A stretch of DNA of 64,000 nucleotides from an uncultured Gemmatimonadales bacterium (GCA_963708135.1 OY970192.1:5120001-5184000); one strand, 5' to 3'. Numbered from the stretch's first letter, positions 20,636-31,214 are shown. Program-made: numbers and translations. The notes: generated by a model not told the origin, from the letters alone.

Positions 20636-21604
20636 ATGCCCTACCGCCTCCTCCCCTGCCCGGTCTGCGGCGCGGCCGACGCCGAGCTCGTGGCGGACGG
20701 GGCGGCGATCCGGGCGGAGGTCGAGGCGCTGTGGGCGTTCCACCTGCGGCGGCTGCGCGACGGGGCGCCGATCGCGGAGCTGTACGACCGGGCGGTGTTC
20801 TCGCAGCGGGCGCCGCTCGAGCTGGTGGCCTGCCCGGGGTGCGGCACGCTGCGGCGGGATCCGGCGGAGGCGCCGCGCGACCTGGTGCGGGGGTACGCGG
20901 CGGAGGCGTTGGACGGGGCGGTGCTGGACGCGCTGCGGCAGGCGCAGCGGCCCTTCTTCGAGGCGGCGGAGCGGCGGCTCCGGCGCGCGCTCGGCGGGAC
21001 GGGCGCGGTGCTCGAGGTGGGGAGCTACGCGGGCGGCTTCCTGGACGTGGCGCGCGAGCGGGGGTGGCGGGTGCGCGGCATCGACGTGAACGAGGGCGCG
21101 GCCGCGCACGCCCGCGGGCGAGGGCATGACGTGCGCGCGGCCGGGCTCGCGGCGGCGGCGGCGGACGGGGCGGCTGGCGGGCTCGACGCCGTCGCCGTCT
21201 GGAGCTGCTTCGAGCAGCTGCCCGAGCCGCGGCGCGCGGCGGCCGATGCGGCGCGGCTCCTGCGCCCCGGCGGCATTCTGGCGCTGCGCGTCCCGAGCGG
21301 CGCGTTCTACCGGGCGCTGCGCGGGCGACGCGGCGTGCGCGGCGGCGCGGCCGGGCGCGCGCTCCTCGCGCTCAGCAACCTGCTCGGCTTCCCCTACCGG
21401 CACGGCTTCACCCCCGCGTCGCTCCGCCGCCTCGTCGAGGAGGCCGGGCTCCGGGTGCTCCACGCCCGCGGCGACGCCCTGGTCCCGACGTCCGGCCCCT
21501 GGACCCGCCCGTGGGCCGCCGCCGAGCAGCGCCTCGCCCGCTCCGCCCTCCGCCTCGCCCCCACCCGCCTGTCGCCGTGGCTGGAGCTGTACGCCCGCAG
21601 ATGA
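20636..21604 (+). CDS. Class I SAM-dependent methyltransferase with N-terminal CxxC pairs
   Basis: CPVC...CPGC, VLEVGSYAGGFL and LLRPGGILALRVP. Confidence 0.8.
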   Translation: MPYRLLPCPVCGAADAELVADGAAIRAEVEALWAFHLRRLRDGAPIAELYDRAVFSQRAPLELVACPGCGTLRRDPAEAPRDLVRGYAAEALDGAVLDALRQAQRPFFEAAERRLRRALGGTGAVLEVGSYAGGFLDVARERGWRVRGIDVNEGAAAHARGRGHDVRAAGLAAAAADGAAGGLDAVAVWSCFEQLPEPRRAAADAARLLRPGGILALRVPSGAFYRALRGRRGVRGGAAGRALLALSNLLGFPYRHGFTPASLRRLVEEAGLRVLHARGDALVPTSGPWTRPWAAAEQRLARSALRLAPTRLSPWLELYARR

Positions 21605-21758
21605 GCCACGGCGAAGCCCGTGGCCGCGCCCCCACCCGCCGTCCGCCTTCGCTTTCGGCAGTCACCCGCTGCCCCTGCCCGCGCCCGAAGCTTGCGGACC
21701 CGGCCCGCCGGGAAGGGGTATCCTGACCACTTCACCCACACCCACGGAGCCAGAACGT

Positions 21759-23498
21759 ATGCCAAGGATATTCCCCCGCCGGCTGCTTCCGGCCGGCCTT
21801 CTCCTCGCCCTGGCCGCGTGCGCGCCGGGCGCCACGAGCGGCCCGGCCACGCCGGCGCCGAGGCCCGCCGCGTCCGCGAAGCCGGCCGGAGCCGTGAAGC
21901 CGGCGCAGGCGACGGCGCCCACGCAGCCCGCCACCGCCCCGTCGTCGGCCGCGGCGAGCGCCGCGCCGGCGGCGGCGACGAACGACTGGTGGAAGCTGGA
22001 CGAGACGGCGGACCACGTGGCGGGGATCTCGCTGGACCGTGCGTACCGGGAGGTGCTGGCGGGGCGGCGGCCGGCGCGCAGCGTCGTCGTCGCCATCATC
22101 GACTCGGGCGTGGACACGACGCACGAGGCGCTGCGCGGGCACCTGTGGACGAACCCGAAGGAGGTGGCGGGCAACGGGAAGGACGACGATGGCGATGGTT
22201 TCGTGGACGACGTGCGCGGCTGGGACTTCATCGGCGGCGCGAACGGGGACGTGGACCACGACACCTTCGAGCTGACGCGGCTGTACGTGCGGGACAGCGT
22301 CCGCTTCGCGGGCGCGAAGCCGGAGGCGCTCTCGGGGGCGGACAGGGCGGAGTACGCGCGCTACGGCGAGCTGCGTCAGAAGCTCGTGGCCAAGCGCGGT
22401 GAGGCGGAGCAGACGCTGCACCAGATCGAGGGGATCGAGCAGGCGCTCTCGCAGGCGACGGCGCTGCTCACGCCGGCGCTGGGCGGCGACTCGATCACGG
22501 CCGAGCGGGTGCGGGCGCTGTCGAGCCCGGACCCGAACGTGCAGCAGGCGCGCGCGCTCTATCTCCGGGCCGCGGACGCCGGGATCACGCTGGCCATGGT
22601 GGCGGATGGGAAGAAGTCGTACGAGTCGCAGCTGAAGTACGGCTACAACCCGTCGTACGACCCGCGCTCGGTGGTGGGCGACGACTACTCCGATCCCACC
22701 CAGCGCCACTACGGCAACGCCGACGTGCAGGGGCCGGACCCGCTCCACGCCACGCACGTGTCGGGGATCGTGCTGGCGGAGCGCGAGCCGGCCATCGCGG
22801 GCGAGGCGGCGCCGGACATCCGGATCATGAGCGTCCGCACGGTGCCGGACGGCGACGAGCGCGACAAGGACGTGGCCAACGCGATCCGCTTCGCGGTGGA
22901 CCACGGCGCGGACGTGATCTCGATGAGCTTCGGCAAGGCGTACTCGCCGTACAAGGCGGAGGTCGATTCGGCGGTGGCGTACGCGGACGCGCACGGGGTG
23001 CTGATGGTGCACGCCGCGGGCAACGACGGCGAGGACCTCGCGACGAGTCCGGACTTCCCCTCGCCGAGCTACCTGGCGGGCGGCGAGGCGAAGAACTGGA
23101 TCGAGGTGGGCGCGTCGTCGTGGAAGGGGCTCGACGAGCTGGCGGCCGGCTTCAGCAACTACGGCGCGGACCGCGTGGACGTGTTCGCGCCCGGCGTGGA
23201 CATCTACTCGTCGCTGCCGGGCGGGAAGTACGGCAAGGAGAGCGGCACGAGCATGGCCACGCCGGTGGTGAGCGGGCTGGCGGCCGTGATGATGGCGTAC
23301 TTCCCCACGCTGAAGGCGCCGGACGTGAAGCGGATCATCCTCGAGACCGCGTCGCCGTACCGCGACCAGCAGGTGGTGAAGCCGGGCACGAAGGACGAGA
23401 CGACGACGTTCGGCTCGCTCTCGCGCACGGGCGGCGTCGTGAACGCGTACGAGGCGCTGAAGGCCGCGGCCCGCGAGGCGGGTCGGCCGGCGAGCTGA
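21759..23498 (+). CDS. S8 subtilisin-like serine peptidase, lipoprotein
   Basis: Lipobox LAAC. Catalytic triad motifs IIDSGVD, HATHVSG and SGTSMATP, plus AAGN. Confidence 0.92.
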   Translation: MPRIFPRRLLPAGLLLALAACAPGATSGPATPAPRPAASAKPAGAVKPAQATAPTQPATAPSSAAASAAPAAATNDWWKLDETADHVAGISLDRAYREVLAGRRPARSVVVAIIDSGVDTTHEALRGHLWTNPKEVAGNGKDDDGDGFVDDVRGWDFIGGANGDVDHDTFELTRLYVRDSVRFAGAKPEALSGADRAEYARYGELRQKLVAKRGEAEQTLHQIEGIEQALSQATALLTPALGGDSITAERVRALSSPDPNVQQARALYLRAADAGITLAMVADGKKSYESQLKYGYNPSYDPRSVVGDDYSDPTQRHYGNADVQGPDPLHATHVSGIVLAEREPAIAGEAAPDIRIMSVRTVPDGDERDKDVANAIRFAVDHGADVISMSFGKAYSPYKAEVDSAVAYADAHGVLMVHAAGNDGEDLATSPDFPSPSYLAGGEAKNWIEVGASSWKGLDELAAGFSNYGADRVDVFAPGVDIYSSLPGGKYGKESGTSMATPVVSGLAAVMMAYFPTLKAPDVKRIILETASPYRDQQVVKPGTKDETTTFGSLSRTGGVVNAYEALKAAAREAGRPAS

Positions 23499-23501
23499 GG
23501 C

Positions 23502-24062
23502 ATGAACGCGACCGACGCCATCCACGCCCGGCGCTCGATCAAGCGCTTCACGGACCGCCCGGTCACCCGCGAGGAGATCGAGCGGCTGCTCGAGGCGGTG
23601 GTGCGCGCGCCGAACCATCGCATGACGCAGCCGTGGCGCTTCCTCGTGCTGGGCCCGGCCGCGCGCCGCCGCTACGGCGAGGTGCTGGGCGGGCGCAAGG
23701 CGCGGAAGGTGGAGGACCCCGAGGCGGCCGCGATGGTGCGCGAGAAGGTCGCGTCCGAGCAGGCGGCGCTGCCGGCGATGCTCGGCGTCGTCATCCGGCA
23801 GGACGAGAATCCGGAGATCCGGCAGGAGGACTACGCGGCCGCGATGATGGGGGTCGAGAACCTGGCCCTGGCCGCGGTCGAGATGGGGCTCGGCACGCAT
23901 CTGAAGACGGGCGCCGTGATGGACGACCCGGCCGCCCGCGAGCTGCTCGGGCTGGCCGGGGGCGAGCGGCTGGTGGCGGTGGTGAACCTGGGCGAGCCGG
24001 CCCAGATCCCGGACGAGAAGCCGCGCGGGACGGCGGCGGAGCGGACGACGTGGCTGGACTGA
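23502..24062 (+). CDS. Nitroreductase family protein
   Basis: RRSIKRF, RAPNHRMTQPWRFLV and NLALAAVEMGLGT. Confidence 0.88.
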   Translation: MNATDAIHARRSIKRFTDRPVTREEIERLLEAVVRAPNHRMTQPWRFLVLGPAARRRYGEVLGGRKARKVEDPEAAAMVREKVASEQAALPAMLGVVIRQDENPEIRQEDYAAAMMGVENLALAAVEMGLGTHLKTGAVMDDPAARELLGLAGGERLVAVVNLGEPAQIPDEKPRGTAAERTTWLD

Positions 24063-24138
24063 GCGCGGGACCCGGAAGGCGACGGGGGCGCGGCGTGCGC
24101 CGGCGGCGCGCGGCGGCCGCGTCGCATGGGAGCGCTCC

Positions 24139-25125
24139 GTGCTGAGGCTCCACGAGTACCGCTACCACCGGCCGCGCACGCTCGAGGAGGCGCTCGCGCT
24201 GCTCGCGGAGCACGGCGCGGGGATCCTGCCGATCGCGGGCGGCACGGACCTCATGCCGAACATGAAGCACCGGCTGTTCACCCCCGCGCACCTGGTCGGG
24301 CTGAAGGGCGTGGCCGAGCTGCACGGCATCGCCGTGGAGGACGGCGAGCTCGTGATCGGCGCGGCGGAGACGCTGGCGACGGTGTCGCGGCACCCGCTCG
24401 TCCGGGAGCACGCGCCGTCGCTCGCTCGCGCCGCCGGGCGCGTGGCCGGCCCGCAGCTGCGCAACATGGGCACCATCGGCGGCAACCTCTGCCTCGACAC
24501 GCGCTGCACCTACTACAACCAGACGTTCTTCTGGCGCCAGGCGCTCGGCTTCTGCCTCAAGAAGGACGGCGACGTCTGCCACGTCACGAAGGTCGGGAAG
24601 AAGTGCGTGGCCGCGCACTCCGCCGACACGCCGCCCGTGCTCATGACCCTCGGCGCCGCGGCCGACCTGGCCTCGCCCGACGGCACGCGCAGCGTGGCGG
24701 TGGCCGACTTCTTCGTGGCCGATGGGATCAACAACACGGTGCGCGCGGCGGACGAGATCGTGACGCGCATCCGGATCCCGCTGCCGCGGCCCGGCACGCG
24801 GACGTCGTTCCAGAAGGTGCGCCAGCGCGAGTCGATCGACTTCCCGCTGCTGAACGTGGCCGTGGCCGCCGTGGTGACAGGCGACGGCGTCGTCTCCGAC
24901 CTCCGCATGGTGGTCTCCGCCCTCGGCTCCCGCCCGCGCGCGGTGTCGGGCCTCGACCGCATCGTGGCCGGCCGCGCGCTGGACGAGGAGACGATCGAGG
25001 CCGTCGCCCGGCGCGCCTTCGAGCAGTGCCACCCGCTCACCAACATCATCGTCAACCCGGACTGGCGGCGCGCCATGGTGCCCGTGTACGTGCGGCGCGC
25101 GCTCGCGGAGCTGGCGGGGGGCTGA
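24139..25125 (+). CDS. FAD-binding subunit of a xanthine dehydrogenase / 4-hydroxybenzoyl-CoA reductase (HcrB-like)
   Basis: IAGGTDLMPNMK and QLRNMGTIGGNLC, plus a Cys-rich insertion (C..YYNQ..C...C...C). Confidence 0.85.
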   Translation: MLRLHEYRYHRPRTLEEALALLAEHGAGILPIAGGTDLMPNMKHRLFTPAHLVGLKGVAELHGIAVEDGELVIGAAETLATVSRHPLVREHAPSLARAAGRVAGPQLRNMGTIGGNLCLDTRCTYYNQTFFWRQALGFCLKKDGDVCHVTKVGKKCVAAHSADTPPVLMTLGAAADLASPDGTRSVAVADFFVADGINNTVRAADEIVTRIRIPLPRPGTRTSFQKVRQRESIDFPLLNVAVAAVVTGDGVVSDLRMVVSALGSRPRAVSGLDRIVAGRALDEETIEAVARRAFEQCHPLTNIIVNPDWRRAMVPVYVRRALAELAGG

Positions 25126-25195
25126 TCGCGGCCGGTCCGGCTCCCGGGCGGCGCCGGCGCCGGATCCGGGCGGCCTCCGGGTTGCCCGCGCGCCT

Positions 25196-25598
25196 CACCT
25201 GCCGGGCGGCGCTCCGGCGGGGAGGCCCTCTCCGGCCCTGCGGAACTCGCGGCTCCGCCGCACCGGCCCCACTCCACCGCCGCTCGGACAGTCCTCGGAC
25301 CTCCGAGGGCCTCCCCGCCTGCGCGATCGTTCGGCGGCCCGGGGAGGAGCGCGGCCGATGGCGCGCGTGCTGGCGCCGGCAAGGGCGCGAGGCCTGGCAA
25401 GCCGGCCGGGCGAGCAGACGCCCGCCCGGCGTCTCCCGCTCTCCCACTCCCCCACTCTCGCCCGAAGGGCGCGAGGCCCGGTGCCCTCCGCGCCATCGGC
25501 CGCGTCCCCCGCTCCTGCGTCCGTGTACCGCGGCGCCGGCCTGGCGAGGGCCCGGCCGGAGACGGAAGCGCCGGCCCGGGGTCCCCCACTCTTGCCGG
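25196..25598 (+). repeat. Dispersed intergenic element A, copy 1
   Basis: Core CACCTGCCGGGCGGCGCTCCGGCGGGGAGGCCCTCTCCGGCCCTGCGGAAC is shared with 36150, 38554 and 57351. Confidence 0.85.
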
Positions 25599-25748
25599 TC
25601 GCGGTGGTGCGCGAAAAGAGCGCCGCCGCGCCCGGCGCCCACGGCACAACCGTCGCGCGGCTCGTCGTCGCCCCGCGTCCCCGCGTCGGGTGGCGGGGTG
25701 GGGTGGGGTTCCGCCGTTCAGCCGCTGAACGGCCGTCGGCGGCGCTAG

Positions 25749-27770
25749 ACCGAAGTTCCAGCGCGAGATTGGTATTAACTTGTTGCTGCCGATGCGGTTA
25801 GCTCTGGCAGCGGGTGCTTCGGTTCTGTCTACAACCGGCCGGAGAGCCCCAGGAGCTCGAAAGCTCGGCGCTGCAGGGGCGTCGGTTCAGTGACGAGATC
25901 GAAGGTGGCCTCCGCGAGGCCGGGTGGGCTGCAGCGGTTCCTGGCGAGCGTGGCGAGGTCGGCCATGAGAGTGTGGAAGTCGTGGACGACCTCGCCGTTC
26001 TGCGTCCGCTTGGTGGCCGCCTTCTCCTCGGCGCCCCGGGAGCGCTGCGCCCGCGCGACGACCGAGGGGCGGCGGGCGCGGCCGGCGTCGGGCTCTCCGT
26101 CGCGGAAGAGGAGCGGAGCGAGGGCGCCCTGCATGTGCCAGAGGACATAGTAGGCCAGCATGCAGAGGAAGACGTGCGCGCGGACCCGGTCCGGGAGCCG
26201 GTGGTGAATCGGCCGCACCTCGAGGTCCACGGTTTTGAAACTGCGGAAGGCGCGCTCGATCCGGGCGAGATCCTTGTAGGCCTGGACGGCTGCCTCGCTG
26301 CCCAGCATGTCCGCGGGCACGCTGGTGCGGATCACGTAGACGCCGTCGAGGCTCGCTTCGCCCTCGATGCGCTCGGTGTTGCGGCGAAAGGTGAAACTCT
26401 CGTCGGTGATCTCGTAGTAGAAGTGCTTGCCCATCTTGTAGCGGCCGAGCACCCGGCCCACCCGGATCCCGATGGTGTCTTTGCCACGGAGCGGTCGGCG
26501 TTCGCGCAGGGTGGCCTTGCGGATCTTCTCCAACTCCCGCTCCGTACAGGCGAGCAGTTCGGCTCGCTTGCGCGCCCGCTCCTCGGCCAGGAAGGGATTC
26601 TTGCAGGCGATGAGCCGCTCTCCCGGGTGGTCTGCCGAGGTGATCTCAAAGAGGTCTTGCTCGTCGAAGAGCGAGAGCTGAAGCACCTCTTCCTCGACGA
26701 GGCTCGCAATGGCGGGAGCGCGCAGCGCACTGATCCAATCCAGCCCCTCCACCGGCCGCAGTTCGTCGCGGATGCGCGCCTCGGTGAGGAGCCCCCGGTC
26801 CGCCACAAACACCACCCGCCTCAGTCCGAAGCGGTCGCGCACCTTGTGGATCGCCGCGGCAAGCGTGGTCGGATCCGCCGTGTTGCCGGGGAACACCTCC
26901 ACGGCCACCGGACAGCCGTCGCCGGCGCACAACAGCCCGACCACGATCTGCAGCTTGTCTTTCTTCCCGTCGCGGCTGTGGCCGAGCTTGGCCAACGGGC
27001 AGCTGCGCCCTTCGAAGTACGTGGATGTCACGTCGTAGAGGAGCAGCGTGCCCTCCTTCAAGTGCCGCTCGGCCAGTGTGCGCTCGATCCGCCCCTGCCG
27101 CTGCCCCAGCCAGTCCAGCGCCGGATAGAGATCGTCCGCCGTAACCTCTCCCAGCTCGAGCACCTCCCCGAGCGTCGAGGTGGCCGTCGCCCGGGCCAGC
27201 CGGCGGGCGGTGGCCAGCTTCGAGGAAGGCTCCAGGATCCGGGAGACGATCATGCCCACCACCCGGTCCCGCTCGGGCGTGCGCCGGCTCGAGAGCAGCC
27301 GCTCGAGCCCCAGCTTCCGAAGCGTTCCCAGCACGGCCACCACATGCCCGTGCGGCAGGGTCCGCAGAACCCGCACACCCGCCTCCTCGGCGGGCACGAA
27401 GCGCTCGCCCCGCAACGCCCTCCGCACGAGCTCGATCACCGCGGGCGGCAGGTGCGAGATGTTGCCGACGGTCTCGTTCTTGACCTTGCCGCCTTCGCGG
27501 TACGTGCGGCGCAGCAGGTGAGTGACGTAGACCTTGCCCTTGTAGTGGCGGCGGGAGGTGGCCACGTGGACGGGGCCGGACCGAGCGGGCAAGGGGCAGC
27601 TCCGGGCGCATGGTTACCGTCTACAGTACACATGAAGCTACAGATTGGGGTGCACCCATGTCAATGGTCTTGATAGCTTCACGTTAGTGACTACATCCTG
27701 CAGCGCGAAATGGGGCTCAACCCCTTGCCCACCAAAGGATTGCACCCCTATCGTCCGGCGGAACTTCCGC
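25749..27770 (-). mobile_element. IS1634-family insertion sequence
   Basis: CTAG at 25745-25748 and 27771-27774. Ends ACCGAAGTTCC / GCGGAAGTTCC. Confidence 0.8.
25829..27592 (-). CDS. IS1634-family transposase
   Basis: LLRRTYREGGKVKNETV, LYDVTSTYFEG, GHSRDGK, FVADRG, IERAFRSFKT and RVRAHVFLCMLAYY. Confidence 0.92.
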   Translation of the reverse strand: MPARSGPVHVATSRRHYKGKVYVTHLLRRTYREGGKVKNETVGNISHLPPAVIELVRRALRGERFVPAEEAGVRVLRTLPHGHVVAVLGTLRKLGLERLLSSRRTPERDRVVGMIVSRILEPSSKLATARRLARATATSTLGEVLELGEVTADDLYPALDWLGQRQGRIERTLAERHLKEGTLLLYDVTSTYFEGRSCPLAKLGHSRDGKKDKLQIVVGLLCAGDGCPVAVEVFPGNTADPTTLAAAIHKVRDRFGLRRVVFVADRGLLTEARIRDELRPVEGLDWISALRAPAIASLVEEEVLQLSLFDEQDLFEITSADHPGERLIACKNPFLAEERARKRAELLACTERELEKIRKATLRERRPLRGKDTIGIRVGRVLGRYKMGKHFYYEITDESFTFRRNTERIEGEASLDGVYVIRTSVPADMLGSEAAVQAYKDLARIERAFRSFKTVDLEVRPIHHRLPDRVRAHVFLCMLAYYVLWHMQGALAPLLFRDGEPDAGRARRPSVVARAQRSRGAEEKAATKRTQNGEVVHDFHTLMADLATLARNRCSPPGLAEATFDLVTEPTPLQRRAFELLGLSGRL

Positions 27771-28478
27771 CTAGAGCAGGCCGCGCTCGCCGGCCAGCGC
27801 GATGATCCGACAGAACCGCTCGGCGGCGTTGCGCCAGTTGGTTTCGACGGCGCGCTGTGCCGCGTCGCCCTCGCCTGCGGCGATCGCCTCGACGAGGATG
27901 GCGTGCTCCTCGACGGCGGCGGACGATGGGTCGCTCATCATCGTCATGTAGAGGCGCTCGTAGCGCTCCGCCTGGGGCTTCACCGCCCGGTGCAGGGCCA
28001 GCAGCCGCGGGCCGGCGGCGCGCTCCACGAGCGCCCGGTGGAAGGCAATGTCGAGCTCGTTTGCGCGCGGCGCGTCGGACCGCCCGTGCTGCAGGGCGGC
28101 GGCGAAACGGTCGTTGGTTTCGCCCATCTCGGTGCTCAGCGCCTGGCGTTCGGCCGGGTCGAGCGCGGCGGCGGAGCGCGCGGCCACGCCCTCGAGCGAG
28201 CCCAGGATCGCGAAGATCTCGCGGACGTCGTCCATGGTGAGCGGCGCGACGCGAGCCCGGGAATACGTCCCGATCAGCACCGTCGTGACGAAGCCGGCGT
28301 GCTCGAGGCGCTGGAGCGCGGCGCGGACGTGGGAGCGGCTCAGCCCGAGCTGGCCGGCGAGCTCGCTCTCGATCAGCGTCGCGCCCGGCGCCAGCCGGCC
28401 CTCGACGATCCAGTCACGGATCCGGTCGTACGCCTGCCGGGCGAGACGCCTGCGAGGTCCGCCGCTGGATTTCGGCAT
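27771..28478 (-). CDS. GntR-family regulator (FCD type)
   Basis: AYDRIRDWIVEGRLAPG...ESELAGQLGLSRSHVRAAL, with DIAFH and EEH. Confidence 0.9.
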   Translation of the reverse strand: MPKSSGGPRRRLARQAYDRIRDWIVEGRLAPGATLIESELAGQLGLSRSHVRAALQRLEHAGFVTTVLIGTYSRARVAPLTMDDVREIFAILGSLEGVAARSAAALDPAERQALSTEMGETNDRFAAALQHGRSDAPRANELDIAFHRALVERAAGPRLLALHRAVKPQAERYERLYMTMMSDPSSAAVEEHAILVEAIAAGEGDAAQRAVETNWRNAAERFCRIIALAGERGLL

Positions 28479-28481
28479 CGG

Positions 28482-29771
28482 TCAACTGACGGGCGGCTTG
28501 GTCTCCTCGATCGACAGCCTGACGAGCTGCATGAACTTCTGGCGCGGGTTGCGGCCGCGCGGCGTCTGCGTGAAGATGAGCCCGATGACGTCGTTGGCCG
28601 GATCCACCCAGGCGAAGGTGCCGTCGGAGCCCCCGTGGGAGTAAATCCCGTCCTCGCCGATCATCCAGCCGTAGCCGTAGCCGGGCCCGCCGGCCGGGGT
28701 TTGCCGCGACGTCATGAGCTGCACGGTCTCCGGCTTGAGCAGCCGGCTGGTCCCGTAAATCCCGCCGTTCAGGAAGGTCTGGAGGAAGATCGCGTAGTCC
28801 CACGCGGTCGAGATCAGGCCGCCGGAGGCGCGCACGAACGGCACCTGCGGCGGATCGCCAGGTGTCCATCCCGCCACCCACTGGCCGTTCTTCCGCTCGT
28901 AATAGACGGCGCCCATGCGCTGGAGCTTGCCGTCGAGCTTCTCGGCGACCTCCCAGTTGTAGGTGTCGACCATGCCGAGCGGGCGGTAGACCTCGTCGTG
29001 GAGGAAGTCGGCGAGCGGCCGGCCGGACGCGATCTCGACCAGCGCCCCCAGCGTGTTGAAGCCCGGATTGCTGTAGCTGTAGGAGGTGCCGGGCGTGACG
29101 GCCGCCCCGACATCGCCGAAGCGCGCCACCTCGAGCTGCAGCGTCGGGGCGTCCGGATGCTCCGCGGACTTCGTCATGTACGGCTCGAGGAACAGCGAAT
29201 TGATGCGGAACCCGCTCGTGTGGCTGAGCAGGTGGCGGATCAGGATGAAGCCTGACTTGTAGTTGTCGAACGACGAAATGTACTTCCGAACGGGGTCCTC
29301 GTAGCCGAGCTTGCCGCGCTCGACCAGCTCAGACACCGCCGTCGCGATCACCGGCTTGGTGTTCGAGGCCATGCGAAACATCGTGTTCTTTTCCATGGGG
29401 AGGTTGGCCTCGCGGTTGCGCAGGCCGACCGCCTCTTGGAGCACGACCTTGCCGTGGCGGGCGACGAGAACGACCGCGCCGACGAGGTCGCCACGCGCGA
29501 CCGCCTCCCGGTACAGCCCGACACCCGCCTCGAGCACGGCGGGCGACATTCCGACTTCCTGCGGCGTGCCGGTCGTGAGTGTGACGCCCGTCGTCGGCGC
29601 CGGCGCGCTCTTCGTCCGGCCGCGGCCCTGGGCCGACAGCGGCGCGACTTGCAGGGCGAGCAGGACGAGGGCGAGCGTGACGAATCGGCCCCAACAGAAC
29701 GGCATGCGCACACCCGTGAGCCTGCCGGCGGGCGGCCGCACCGCGACCCGTGATCCCGTGATCTCGTTCAT
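28482..29771 (-). CDS. Serine hydrolase (beta-lactamase class C-like), exported
   Basis: FRMASNTK (SxxK), YSYSN, LLSHTSG and HGG. Confidence 0.88.
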   Translation of the reverse strand: MNEITGSRVAVRPPAGRLTGVRMPFCWGRFVTLALVLLALQVAPLSAQGRGRTKSAPAPTTGVTLTTGTPQEVGMSPAVLEAGVGLYREAVARGDLVGAVVLVARHGKVVLQEAVGLRNREANLPMEKNTMFRMASNTKPVIATAVSELVERGKLGYEDPVRKYISSFDNYKSGFILIRHLLSHTSGFRINSLFLEPYMTKSAEHPDAPTLQLEVARFGDVGAAVTPGTSYSYSNPGFNTLGALVEIASGRPLADFLHDEVYRPLGMVDTYNWEVAEKLDGKLQRMGAVYYERKNGQWVAGWTPGDPPQVPFVRASGGLISTAWDYAIFLQTFLNGGIYGTSRLLKPETVQLMTSRQTPAGGPGYGYGWMIGEDGIYSHGGSDGTFAWVDPANDVIGLIFTQTPRGRNPRQKFMQLVRLSIEETKPPVS

Positions 29772-29826
29772 GTCTCTCCGTTCGGGCGAAGGGGGTATGG
29801 CGCCGGCCACCACGCGGCCGGCTCGC

Positions 29827-31155
29827 CTAGCCATTCAGGTTCGGGTTGGTGCCACGCTCGACGTCCGGCAGCTTGAGGCACGTGGTCGAGCCGTACGGCA
29901 CCCCGGTGTGGTCGACGCCGTTGGGGTCGATCGAGCCGGGCTCGCCCTTGTACGGCACGGCCCACTCTGTGTCGCGGAAACGGAAGTGGTCGTTGAACCG
30001 GTTACCGCCTTCGAGGAAAAGCTCGCGCCGCCGCTCCTCGATCACCTGGCGCACGACCTCGCTCTGGGTCGCCGTGCCGGCGGCGTCGTAGCCGGGGATG
30101 CCGGCGGCGGCGTGCAGGTCGTTGATGATGCCACGCGCCGTCGTGAGATCGCCGCTACGCGCGGACGCCTCGGCGAGGATGAGCTGCGTCTCTTTGTAGG
30201 ACGTCACCGGGACGGCTTCCGCGCGCGAGGTGGCCTTGTTCGCCGGATACCAGAACACCGTGGCGTTGTCGTTCGACACCTTGTTCGCGGTGGTCACCTC
30301 GACGCGCGGGTCCGGCACGCCTTCCCAGCGCACGTCGCGGTAGTCCGGGGCAATGGACGCGTTCCGGCCGTAGGTGGCGCATGTCAAGTTCGCGCACAGC
30401 TGGTTGTAGCGGCGCGAAGCCGTCTCGTCGCGCGTGGCGTTCTTGACGTAGCCGGCGGGCACGAGGGACGCATCCGCAATGGCGCCCGGGAAGTCCTTCA
30501 GGTCGAGGCGGATGCGGGCCCGGCCCGCAAGCGCCATGTTCTGGATGTCGGCCAGGTTGGCCTGCCTGGCGAGCGCGAGGCCCTCGGTGAACCTGGTCTC
30601 GGCCAGCCTCATCACCTCCTCGCGCGTCATCAGCGGGCCGTTGTCGACCGCCATCTCGCAGAAGCCCTCGGCGAGGGCGAGCAACGCGTAGGCGCCGTAG
30701 ACCCGGACCGTGGCCAGGTCCTTCGTCTTGTCGGGCACTGCAGCATCCGGGAAGTTCGAGATGCGGTTGTAGATGTCCTCGGCCTGGAAGCGCGCGATGT
30801 GCAGCGGGCTGTACATGCCATAGGGCGATTCGCAGCCGGAGGTCGAATAGCTGGCGTCGGACGAGTCGATGCGCCGGGTGCCCCAGTTGCGCTGGTTGAG
30901 GTTGCCCGACGCCTGGATGAACTCGTCGGAGAGGAGCGCGGTTCCGGCGACGTAGCTCGCCCACGCGCACTCGAAGTCCGCGATGACGCTCTGCGTCAGG
31001 ACGGGTGCCAGGGCCGGGTCGTTCAGTGCCTCGTCGGGGACGTTGCCGGGGAGGCGCACGCCGAGAAGGTCGCCCACGTTGCACCCGGCGAGGGCGAAGC
31101 ACGCGAGCAGCAGCAGGGCCACGTGGGCCAGAGAACGGCGGGCACGGATACGCAT
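29827..31155 (-). CDS. RagB/SusD-like outer-membrane lipoprotein
   Basis: Lipobox LAGC, LILAEA and EERRRELFLEGGNRFND. It lies downstream of the SusC-like gene. Confidence 0.85.
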   Translation of the reverse strand: MRIRARRSLAHVALLLLACFALAGCNVGDLLGVRLPGNVPDEALNDPALAPVLTQSVIADFECAWASYVAGTALLSDEFIQASGNLNQRNWGTRRIDSSDASYSTSGCESPYGMYSPLHIARFQAEDIYNRISNFPDAAVPDKTKDLATVRVYGAYALLALAEGFCEMAVDNGPLMTREEVMRLAETRFTEGLALARQANLADIQNMALAGRARIRLDLKDFPGAIADASLVPAGYVKNATRDETASRRYNQLCANLTCATYGRNASIAPDYRDVRWEGVPDPRVEVTTANKVSNDNATVFWYPANKATSRAEAVPVTSYKETQLILAEASARSGDLTTARGIINDLHAAAGIPGYDAAGTATQSEVVRQVIEERRRELFLEGGNRFNDHFRFRDTEWAVPYKGEPGSIDPNGVDHTGVPYGSTTCLKLPDVERGTNPNLNG

Positions 31156-31214
31156 GGTCGGATCCTCTCCTGAGCGGGCCGCGCGCGGGCGGCCGCGACG
31201 GGTTGCGGTCATCG

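Noticed and set aside
12496..20637. Many short ORFs with repeated MRPRPEERGD / LRALRGAASLK peptides
   Set aside because: They are translations of the CRISPR repeat, not genes.
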